From: Amoebophrya sp. A120
Lineage: Eukaryota > Protista > Dinoflagellata
Length of the DNA: 64,000 nt
NCBI GenBank assembly: GCA_905178155.1
Contig: CAJINV010000012.1
Span: forward strand, 1,368,492 to 1,432,491
Direction: 5' to 3'
This document shows, piece after piece, positions 49,401-61,400 of this stretch. The translations under genes were made by a program, and so were the position numbers. The stretch's first letter is position 1, and the number at the start of each line of letters is the position of its first letter. A model generated the notes under the pieces. The model saw only the letters and a program-made list of their open reading frames with translations. It was not told the origin of the DNA and did no database searches.

Positions 49401-52400
49401 AACTGTGGATCAACAAGGCGTTCATGCACGCAGAAAACACTATGCATTGCAAATATGTCTGGGTGGTCTGGCAGCATTCGAACTTGTGATGCGAATTCTA
49501 CATCATGAGAAAATCTGTCATGCACGGTCAGCAAAAGGCCACACTTCTTGTTACAGAAAGAGGGGATTTGTCATGCGGATCAGGCATTGCGATACCTGCT
49601 CGAAATCTGTGATGCTAGAACTTGCATGCCAGACGATCTGGGTCAGGCAAAAACTGCATGACAAATGTCTGCACTCTTCCAGACCCAGACATTTTTGCAT
49701 TTCATAAACACGGATTGGGTGCAATTTCTCGTGAAGGAAAGAAGAAACAACGGGGTTTTGGGGGTTTCGATTCACGACATGGACCAGGACATCTACTCGA
49801 CGGCGTTTTTGATCCCCTACTTTCTCTACCACAGTCCCGCGACCACGTTGCAGCGGGTTTTTGAGTATCAAATGCAAATATGTCTGGGTCTGGGAGATTC
49901 TGAACCACGGAAAAACTTGTCATGCTGAGGAGCGCATCGCCGTGTTCTCACTATTCCCTTTCTTGCATCACAAGTTTCCAGACCCAGACATATTTGCAAT
50001 GCATATCGAGATCTCCTTCGTCCGCTCCATGCCGTTCCGGAAGGAGTGGTTTCGGTTGTTCGAACGGATCTTGATTCCCGGGGATGAGGAGCTTCGTCGT
50101 GGGAACAACAGTGCGTACACTGCAGACGATGCTGAAGACCGTAGCTTGGACAATGAGGATGAAGAAAATACCAACCCCGCTGCGATAAACAAGCAGCCAC
50201 CGCTCCCCTACGACAAGATCACGGAGCTCGACGCTGTTTTGGCGTTTAAGCGGATCCAAACGGAGTTCCGTGTTCTCCTACCAGACTTGCTGGAAGACAT
50301 GATAGCTTCCTGGGACGGAATCTTAGAACCTCAGCTGATGGCCTCTTGGAGCTTCAACGCGGGGAAGCTGGAAAAGCGGGAGAAAAGCAGGAAGGAGGAG
50401 GAAAAGATAACGAAGCGCCTCGAGCGGGTAAAGGGAAGCTATGACGTTGAGCGGAGGACACAAGAGGTAGTAGACGCGGCTGCGGTTGCGGTTGCGGAAG
50501 TTGATAAAGCGCCGACAGATGTTGATCCTGAAGCACAAGATCCAGGTGAGGAAACCACTGGCGCTGGTGTCGAGAAACAACAGGAAAGTACTAGACCCCC
50601 AGTTGCACCAGACGGACCACGAGATGGACCTGCATCTTCCGATTTGACGCGCGAGAACGTGATGAGGCTGAATTTTTTCGCCGGCCTCGCCGAGGGGCTG
50701 ACCGGGAAACGAATCGGTAGCGTCACGGCCGTCCCAGCGAACTCCGGTTTAGTAGTACCTGCGGGGAAAGAGGTCGGTGGTCTTCTTCTACCCAGTAGTA
50801 CAAGTACTGAGGAAAAAGAACAACTACAGACTCTGACTCCAGCAGCCGGCGTGGCCGGTCAGACGGAGATGAATGCGACCCTGAAGCGGAAACTCCCTGA
50901 TTCTTTCGAACAAGATGAGAAAACCGGGGAGAAAATCCTCCAGCCGGTGCGCGTGGTTTACTCGCCAGGACCTACGGATAAGGCAGGGAAGAACACTCCT
51001 TCTAGTACAACGATGCAGGAGGAGCCGGAAATATCAACAAATACAGTAGTGCAAAATGCATCAACGTCCATTAACCGGCTTTCCCCCGAGCAGCTTGTCA
51101 TCCTGAATGCCAACGCAGCCGCGGCACTGGCGGCGCAAAGGAAAAAAGAATTGGCTTTGGACGTCGTGGAGAAAGCCTGTAGAAGCACGGGTGTGCTACG
51201 TAGTGAAGATCATGATGATGAAATAAACAGTGCCGTATCAAATGCAAATATGTCTGGGTCTGGAAGAGTCCGAACTTGTGATGCTGCATTTGGATTCCAA
51301 AAAAATCTGTAATGCATGACCAGCAAAGGGAATGCAATTTTTGCTACGCGGAGAAGGCATTTGTCATGCGGAATAGGCATCGCGAAGCCCTCGAAAAGTC
51401 TGTGATGCTACGGCATGCATTACAGACATCACGGCCCATGCAAAACGTGCATGACAAGTCTCAGAATCTTCCAGACCCAGACACTTTTGCATTTGATATG
51501 CCGCGAGTGTCCGCAACAACGCACCGTCGATCTGCTCGGCGGTGGGCCAAGGGTCTGTCATGCTAGCCACGACAAACCAGTCGGGAGGTTCGTCGGTGCG
51601 GGGCGTGTCTGAAGAGCAGACCGGGAAGATGAGCAGAACCGCAAGCACGGACAACATAGTTAAGGACGACGGGCACGGTGAATCGACCAGCGAAGGAGAT
51701 GAACTACAAGGGGGTGCTAAAAAAGCTAGTACTTCTGTGGGCGATGGAGATGATCATGATCATGCCGCAGCAGAGCTGCAGAAAACGGAAGCCACCAACC
51801 GGGGCCCACGGGAATTTGTACTAGAGCACAAAAGAACGTCGAGAAGTAGACGACTGGCAACTTGGTCCTCTCCCGGCCCTCCCGCCTTCGTGACAGCAGC
51901 CGACCCAGAATTGGTTGACGAGGCGGAAAAAAGTTTGTTTGACAGCCCGTCTACGACGCTAGGACCTAGTACTGGAAATAATAACCCGGACAGGGATGCA
52001 GTGCTGATCGAGGGCCTTTTTGGTGGAAATGCGCACAGCAAAAATGACGAGGAAGCGGACGGTGAGCAGAAAAAGAACCTAGAAGACGCGGCCAACAAGT
52101 TCTCGTCCGAGGCCTTCCGAGCCTTCCTCGACCCCGCGCTTGACATCATTCTGAAAGAGAACCTGCAGGTTCTGGAGAGGAGGCATAGCACGGTGGAAGC
52201 AGCGGTCCATCGCGTGGAGAAACGGTTCCACTATTACAGTGAAAAATGCCCCCACTCCCAGAGTTGCAAGAATTTGTGATGCGAAGTTTCCAAATAAAGA
52301 CTTTTTGTTATGCAGGAAAGGAGTATGAATCTCCCTGATGCAGAGCCTAGGCGTATATCGCATCGCTTGCAGGACAAGCGCCGCTCTTCCTGGGATCTTT

Positions 52401-55400
52401 TGCAATACAAATTTTTGCTCTTCACGATTGGAAATCTGTGATGCTGATAGATGCAAGAAGGCGCGTGTTTCATTTGGAAAGGTTTGCAATACAAATGCTC
52501 CCAAGTTCGGGGGTGGGGGCATTTTTCATTGCAATATCCACAAGTACTTATTCATCGAGCAGAAGGCGATAAAACAGCACGAAAAATACAAGCTCCGGAC
52601 GGCGTTTGTGGACATTGTGAAAAAATTAGAAACGAAAGAGAAGCAGTATTTGAAGAATCGGCAAGATTTGCAAAACGAATTTAAGCTTTTCCAGACGCAG
52701 TTCGAAGGGAGTCGCAACGGGTTTGACACGGTGTTGACGCTGTTAAGTGATTCTGGCAGGAACCTGTTCGATGGGTTCATCGCGGATAATACTGGTGTAT
52801 CGACGGCGGGGGCGATGATGATGAAATCCACTGGAAGTGGAGCAACTACAGGTGCTTCGAGATCATCATCAGCGCAGCCGACTTTCTCCGTTTGGGTGAA
52901 GGAGCTGTTTTCGAGTAAATCCCTTGCGGCTGCGGCTTCGGTAAACCAGGAATTGGGTAACGGTTTGAAACGGCTGTGGAATGCGCTCGTGGAGAAGGTT
53001 CGTGCGTTGCTGGTTACGATGCAGAAATACGAGTTGGGGGAGGAGAGTTCATCTGCGGGGGTTGATACCGAGACTCAGTTGAAAAATTTCACTTTTCAAC
53101 TGTTTCAACTTTTAGATCAAGTCCTCTACTACGTCGGGCCCGGGATTGCGGAGGTGCAGCAATTTAGTAGTTCTGTGGTGATCCTGGTATCCCCGCTGAA
53201 ACAGCTTCATGATACGAAGTTGTGGAAGACGCTTTTCCCGTCTGCGGGAAGATTGAAGGACAAGCTGCTGGAATCCAGGTTCCCGGCGAATGAGTTTCGA
53301 ATGATGATGAAGCAGTTTGAGTCGCAAATGCAATACCGGCTGTACGACGGGATTTTGAAGGCGGTTCTGGACAAAATGAAACTTATCGCAAGAAAAAACT
53401 GTTTCACTGTAAAGTTCTTGTGATGCAGAAAATGGATCGCAGAAGTGTTTGTCATGCTACACATGCAAGACAATGAATTTCTAGCTCCTGCGTTTTCCCT
53501 TAGGAACCCCGCATGGCAAAAAATTTCCGCTGTCATGTGAAACAAACTTGTGATGCAAAACTTGCAAAATCCTTACAGTGAAACACTTTTTTCGTACGAT
53601 AAAACTGGAAAAAAAGTTAGACGATCTGTTGGCGAGTGATGAAGACTTTTTTCACACAATCGAAAAGGGGGTGCCGGTGGTGGTTTCTGGAACTAATTTT
53701 GCTGTTGGCGCACATGGTGGCGCACATGGTGGTAGGGCTCGCGTGTTACACCAGTCGGCAGTGACAGTGAATTCAGAGTATGATGAAGAGGACGAGGATC
53801 AAGAAGCGGAGAGAAGCAACGCGGCCCATTTCTACGCGTTTGTGCAGAAGGAAGTGCTTGCAGAGGAGCGGAAGCTGTTTGGAAGTAGAGCCGACAGTTT
53901 ATCTTTTGCTGATGACGATACAGAGCACCAGTTTGATAATCCTGAGGAAGAAGCTCCGCCGGCGGTCGTTTTTCTCGGCGGACGGGCAGCCGCGACGGCG
54001 ACATCAAAATCTTTGAACCGGAAAGAACCATCAGCAACTGCGACGTCCTGGTTTCATTTCCCCGCGGTCTTAACCCTCGACCTTCTGCCCACTGTCAAAA
54101 ACCTTCTGGACGACGCCTCCGGCGCCCTCTCCCGGGCGAAGCGCCAGCAGCAGGGGGACACGGGGGACATGTCGTTTTTGTCTTCGAAGGTGTTTGGCGA
54201 CTTGGATTTCCTACAGCAGTACGGCGGGAAGGCTTTGGAAATGCTGAAAGCAGACACAAATTTTGAGAAAAGAAGCTTTCAAGAAGGAGCACGAAGCGCA
54301 GGACCACATCGTGGTAACGAGGTTGGCAAGGAAACACAACTTGCCGCTGCGCATCAGCACCTTGGTACAACGTCTTTCTCTGGTTCATCTCCAACAGAGA
54401 GCTCCAAATCGACCACGCCTCCCGGCGCAACGCCCGCGAGAAAGAAGTCACTGTCACTCAGCACCCCTTCTGGCGCGTCTGTAGTATCCAGCCGAAACGA
54501 GTCGCAGCAGTGCTCGGGGATTACGACACCGATTGGAACAGGCGCCGTGCAGGCCGTGCATCGGAAACACAGCGGGTCCTCCACGACTACCTACACCTCG
54601 GACACACTGCTCTCAACAGCAGCAACCTTGTACCCGCCGGGGGTCACAAGTAGCTCGGAATCGCTCCTGTTTTCATCTTCCCGTTGTGAGGAGGACAACA
54701 ACTCTCCGGCCGGTGAGAAGAGCCCGTCAGAAGAAGATAACAGCGTGGAAGACGGGTCGGGATTTTCGCACGACGGGGCCGCCGGGATTTTATCGCCAAC
54801 TACCCAGCAAGATGAGTTCGACGTCACCCGCGGAGGTCACCAACAAGCGCCGCGCGTGGTGAGCAGGCGGCCGAAAAAACTGAAACTTCCGATGGCGGGC
54901 ACTACTACTTCTATCGAAGGCGGTTCTCTTGCGACAGAGAGCAGTACTGGTGCTACTGCTACGCCAAAAACATCACTATACAACCAGGATGTATCATCGT
55001 TACAGCAGAGTGGTAGCTCGTCCTTCGCTACAATACCAGGAGTCGCCGGCGCGGGCACCGCATCATTTGGTACTACTCCACCTTCCGGTGACAGCACCAG
55101 TCAAAGTTCCGACAAAATCCTATACCAGCAATCCGTCGAGAAGTTTCACAAAGCCCACTACCAGCAGATCCGTTTGTGGCTGGAAGCCTGGAAGCAAGAC
55201 TTGAAGAACCTTTCGCAGGAACAGAAGGGGTTTAGCACGATCGTGAGCGACACGGAGAAGCAGCGGTTGCTTGCGCTCCAGAAGATGCAGCAGTTAGAAA
55301 CGTACTGGAAAGAAAAAATCGCGGAGGTGCAAAAAGAATTTCTCGAGAGAAGTAGTAGTACGGCAGCGGTAGTTCTTCCGGCGGAGAAGAATTCACCAGC

Positions 55401-58400
55401 GAAGGAAATTGGAAGTAGCTGCGTGCTGAAAATTGGGACAGCGCTCGAGAATGTCTGCGGGAGTGTAGTTGCTGCTGTCACTGTAGCTGGCGTTCTTGCA
55501 GCACCGACAGGAGCACCAGCAGTAACAACAGCTGGTGGTGGTGGGAAGAAGAAAAAGCAAAGCAAACAAGGGGAACTGCACGCAGCAGTACAACCACCGG
55601 GGGAGAGCCCGGCAGGTGCTGCTGCGAAGCAGGGAGTGACCACTCATCTCCCACGGGCGAAGTTGGAGCAGCAATTGGACCCTTTTCGCGAAAACTTGAA
55701 ACAGCTTTTGGCCGGCGTTTTTAGCAGCGGGAATGATTCTCATGAGAATGATGATGCTCCTGTTGACCACAGGATCAAGAATCTGCAACCAGCAGCAGAG
55801 ATGGAGTCTTTTCGCGCCTTGGAAGAAAAGTTCCTTACCCCGATCAAAGACGACGTTTTCTCGTGCCTCAATTACGTTTTGGAGAAACAAAATAAAGCGA
55901 GAGAGAATCATCATCTTCAAGAAGATTCTTCTGCAATAAATCACCAGCCTTTGTTGGGAAAGAAGCGGGGAAAGGCGAAGAAAAAAGAAAAGCAAAGGAA
56001 CAACGCGATGACAAGTTCCGCTGGTGTGGCGGTAGAAGTGGAAGATGGACACAATTCAACACAAGAAACCCACCTCTGGTTCCGGACGCACTGTCGAGCG
56101 GAGACCTTGCAGAAGCGAGTCTATGCGTTGGTGCAACAATTTCGACAGAGGTATCTGCTGCACTTCCCAGAAACGTCTGACTTAGGGAATTCCGAACGGT
56201 ATCCGAAAATCGCGGAAGTGCTGGAGCTGCCAATCGAGGAGGAAGGTAGTGGCATCGTTGGAGATGTTATTTCTGATACAGCGTTTGTATTTGAAGTAGC
56301 GCAAGAGAAATCGCGGCAAGTCAACAGCTTTTTGCACCCTTTAGCGGAGCTTTTCACCGCGAAGGAAGCGTTTTTACAGGAAGGCAGATTGGAATCATTT
56401 TTAGACAAGAGACAGTACCCCTATGCAGCACAACCTCTGCTAGAATCGGTGAAACAGTCGTACTCAGCACAAGATGAATTATGGGCAGACGCTGAGCAAG
56501 AAGAAAAGAGTAGCAACGACCGGAAGAGTTCTTTGCTAAGCTCTTTCGACCTTGCCACGAAGGAAAAGCTTCTGCAGACCGTCCGCCGACTGGGGGAGAA
56601 CTCCGGTTTCTTGACTTCGGTGGTGAATGCAGTGGCGGCCGTGCCGAACGGTTTATCCTCGCAGTTATCCGCCGCTGCTGCTTTTGAACATCAGGGCTTC
56701 GACATCCATTCCGGCTTGGTTCTACCCTCAGCTGCGCAGAACAATGGCAGCGGGAAGCAAGGGGGTGCATCTAAAAAGGGCAAGAGCGGCGCGACAAAGT
56801 CCGCTGCTTCCGCATCAAAATCAACAACTGCTGCTAGTACTACCTCTCTACGCGAGCAGGTGAAACAGTTTTACACTGCTCTATCAGCCTGGGACAATCG
56901 GATGAGAAACGCGATTCTCACGTTGTCGGCGTTTGAACACCCAATGGAGGAGGGCATCAGCGGTGGCAGAGGTCTTGAACGACCGGAATCGCTGCCCTCG
57001 TTTTACGCTAGGGAAGCTTCCGCAAAAATGGGAGACCACGAAGCCCCCAGCAGGAGCTTTCATTCCTTTGGCGCACAGTTTCGGGCGATTGCTAATTTCT
57101 ACAGATTTGAGCAGCCACGATTACTCGAGGAAACCGCGAAGAAACTTACCGAGGAGGTTCTACTTCCGCTTGAAACGTTGGTACAGCACTGGGCAGAGGA
57201 AGTAGAGGCCGCGGCACAGCAACTTGGCGGAGACGCAGCTGCGGCTGGTGAACAGAAAGCTTCCATTCGGGCGTTGGACACTGAACCTTTGGAGGTAGAG
57301 GCAGCTGCATCAGTGCCAGAAGTGACAGTTGTAACGCCACCCGGCGCAGTTCCTGTAGCTGTTACCATCGACAAGTCGGCGTTGCAGGCGACGTCTGCAT
57401 TGACCGTAACAAATGTGGAACCCATAGTTGGGGCCACTACAAAGGGCAGAAGTAAACAAGCTGCAGCAGCAAAAAAAGATGCTCTTCCGACAGGAGAAAA
57501 GCCACCCTCGCAAGAACTACCCGCCTCAGCACAACATCCTGTCAACCCGCCGACGGCGGTACAAGTGAAGCGCTGGGCCGGAGGTCCGGGCAGCAGTCCT
57601 CCTCCCGGTGCTGCTGTTAAGAAAGACTACCACGAGATTCCCAATCCCGTAGCTTCCGGCATTGCACAGACCACTGCGGCCGCAACGACCTACTACGCTC
57701 CTGCACCACCGGAAGCAGCAGCTGCAATTGACCAGGTCGTACACGGGACGAGCGCAGAAGTAGTGCGTCTTTCAGCAACTCCTGCACCACCTCCGTTCAT
57801 ACCGGAAGATTTAGATCAGGAGAAGTCTCTCCTGCTTCCCGGGATATTCGGCTACAAGCCCGAGCTTTTTTCCGCTGCAGTGGCGTCTTTACCCCTTCCG
57901 AATTCGGTCCCTCATTTGCAGGATCTGCAGAACCGAGGGAAAAATGGGGTGAGCGAGGCGTCTCTCAACCCACCTCTTCCGCATCCTGCGCAAGAGCCTC
58001 CTGAAAGTGACGCTGTTCCAACGGAAGCACAAGCGGTTTCTGAAACCGAAATCGCAAATTTTGACAAGCAAGCGGAACTCTTTCTCAGCGAAGGCCTACT
58101 CACCCAAGACCGCCTGCGGGAAATGAAGCAGGCCGAAGAGAGAGTCCGATTTTTCCTGTACGAAGCCTTGCTGCAGATCTTTTTGGAAAACGGGCCCAGC
58201 ATCTTCGGCGAGGTGAAAGTAAAAACGTCTAGAAATAACAGCAAAAGTGAGGAAGATCCTTTGCATGGAACAAGCAGAGGCGGAAGGAACCCATCCTCGT
58301 CTTCTTCTTTTGCGATTACCAGTAATCAATTTTTGGCCAAGCTTGTCGCAGAGGCACAGAAACTGGACGCGGTGCTTGGGACTTTGGTCAACGCAGTGAC

Positions 58401-61400
58401 CGAGGCGAAGAAGAAGTTACTAGCAGGAACTAATATCAAACAACAACAGCAGCAGAAATCCTTCCTGAAGACGACCAGTGGCAGACAGGTGAGCAGCCAA
58501 GGACCACCGGGAACAAATAACCTGCATTCCGGCTCGGTGGCTGTTCTACCGACAAAGGCCGACCCCTACGCACCGGCATACATTCAAATTGGTGCTGCAA
58601 GTACAACAATTCCTCCAGGTGCACAACAACACAATTCATCCCCTTTGCAAAAAGATCAATCAAACCCCGATTCCCACCTGGACGAAACGGAGTCTTCCAA
58701 CATCCAAGAACTGGAGAAGCAAACGTCCCTCTTTCTTCTCCGCGCTCGGAAACTCCAGGAGCAAATTGTGCACGAGTTGCAGAAGCGAATTTTGTTGATT
58801 CCACAAGGGTCGTTATACCAGAACACCGCCGTGGCGCTCGATGTGGATTTGGACTTCAAATTATACATCCGGGACAACTTCTGCATCTCCTACTTGCACA
58901 AGCAAATACTGGAGAAGATGCAGAACAATTCGCAGTTATTCCGTGTCCCGCCGCAAACACCCCAGCAAATCAACCACATGAGCATCAGCAGCGTCGAAGT
59001 GCTGCTCTCTAGTAGTGCACGACCGGATGATCTACGACATGAGGTGCGTAGTGCGGATAATACAGCAGCAACACCTTTTTCATCTCCTCAGCCTGTCAGG
59101 ATTGATCTCGTGCTGCAGTCTTTGCAGGAGGTGAACGTGCCTTCATCTTCTTCGGCACCTAGCAGTAGTTTATCCGCAGGGGTTCCAGGAGGAGGACATC
59201 ACCTCGGCGCGGGCGCCACCTCCGGCACTATTGCAACGGCATTTGCACAATATGCGAAGAAAAATAAAGTGTTACAGTTACACATTGTGTTGCGAAACAA
59301 GCAAGACAGGCAACCTTTGCCATGCAGGAAATGCTTGGCAGCCTCATTTCATTCGTGTTTTCCCTTATAGTCTGCGCATCACAGGTTTGCTTTGGAATGT
59401 CGAGCAACTTTGATGTAGCAACTCCAACAAATGTGTAACTGTAACACTTTTTTCGTGGGATACACAACCACCTTTGTCTACTACGGTTCCGGACTACGTT
59501 TTGTTGGAAGAGCAGCGTCGGGTTTCACTTGATGGGAGCAGGAGGAGCACCGGCGAGGCGCGGGAAGTAGATTCGTCTGCGCTAGGTTTGGACGTCGAGG
59601 ACCAGAGCGGTCTCGAGCAGGGCAGCTCGTCTTCGGTAGTTCGTGACGGCTTCTTCGGGACTACTTCTTTCTTCATGCCCGCGTGGTGGTCCTCCGGTCC
59701 TAAAGGCCGGACGCCGGCTCGGCGGTGGGGTACAGCAGCAGGCGCAAGTATTGTTCCCACTACTGTCCTCGAGGAGATCTTCGGCGCCGCTTGTCGAGGC
59801 TCTGCTAGTGAAGTACTAAATGTGGATGATTTAAAGAAAGCATTTGAACTTGCACACTTAGGAGCGCAGTCGGCAAGTAGTGTTCTGAACGTTGATATGA
59901 ACAAATCGCGAAGTGCCGCCGCTGGGTCTGCTGCATCCCATGGCTCTTCTTCCCACCAGCAGCTGCGCCACATTTCCTCCTCCGCCAGTCTGAGCACCGC
60001 CGCGAGCAGTAACAACGTGGAGCTATTTCAGCTGTGGGCGGTGCGAGACGAGACAAGCGGGGCAGGCTGCGAGGAGCACATCTCAAAGGAGGGGAAGATT
60101 CATTTCTCTAGTACCGCTGCTACTGGTACCACGCTTGTTTCAGGGATAAAACCGAGCCAGGTGTTGTCTCCCGCACAAGCGGCCGAAGCTCTGGCTGGAC
60201 CACCTCGTATCTCTCCGGTGAAGCTGTTGCACAATACAGAGAGTGCCACTCCTAGCGAATGTGGACAAAGCAAAGCTGCTATACAGGACCAGCAAAGAGA
60301 TTTGCACGTTGTGGATCGCGACCGGCTGCTGAAAACGCTACTCGACCAGATGCCAAAGATCACCCGGGAACTCATCCGCCTAATCAAGCGATGGTTCAAA
60401 ACCCGCATCTATTGTGAGGAAAAATCCCCCCTCCCCATATCGAAAACGTACGTAGCAGAAAATTTGCAATGCTGATTTGCGACCACAAATCATCTCTGTC
60501 TTGCAAGAAGGCAACTCCACAGGCTCCGCCGCTTTATGCAGGCGATTTGTGACGCTGTTGGGCCTACAGCGCAGACGTTTCTCATGCTAAGAGCCTAGCC
60601 CGAAACCTCTCGGCTCAGGCTTGGTATGGGCCTGCAGTCCTCTCCAGCAAGACAAATCTGATCTCTGTACGCAAATCCAGCGCCACAAACTTCGTTTTGA
60701 TATGGGGTGGGGGATTTTTCATTTTGATAGCATCAAGCTCGTCGGCAGCAGTCGCAGCGGAGGCTTGAACTCGGTTACACTGACAATCCTGGCGTTGAAG
60801 TTCCTTTTTGACTGGAACATCGACGTGTTTGCGATTGAAAAGAAAGTGGAAGAAGGTAGTAGCTGTCGGACTGGTAGTTGTACAACATCAGCGGGAGGTC
60901 TTGTAAATGCGCCAGTTGCAGCAGCAGCAGTACCTCCAGCACTAGGACATCAAGCTCAAGGGCAGCCTCTATCAGGCAACGCGGAGGATGAGATCATGAA
61001 GCCGAAAAGTAGAAGATTTTTCCATCTCGAAGTCCTTCGTCTCTTTTTCAAGTTTTTGCAGTATCTGTGCGAATTTTATGAAAACGCAGTGACACCTCGC
61101 CCAGGAGGAGTAGAGCAACATGCAGTGGAAAAACCGGCGGACTTTTCACCTAGCGGAGGAGTTACCAGTGGTGCAGCGAGTACGGAAACAATGCCTAGTA
61201 ACAACATCGTGCACATGCACAGGCTGGTGCTGAAGGATAGTAGTCACGTCGAAGGAGCCAATGCCAAAGAAGACCCTCAGGACCCCCGCCGCGATGATCC
61301 GATGTCGCCGTCAATGGGCGGGTTTCCTGCGTCGGAGCAAGAACGCATCATCAAAAACAACCTCCCCTACCATTTCGAGCACTCCCCGCTCCCGGTCGAC

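Noticed and set aside
33177-60015. Long minus-strand ORFs (e.g. 33177-34097, 37979-38725, 55393-56052, 59494-60015)
   Set aside because: Antisense shadows of + strand exons with no recognisable motifs.
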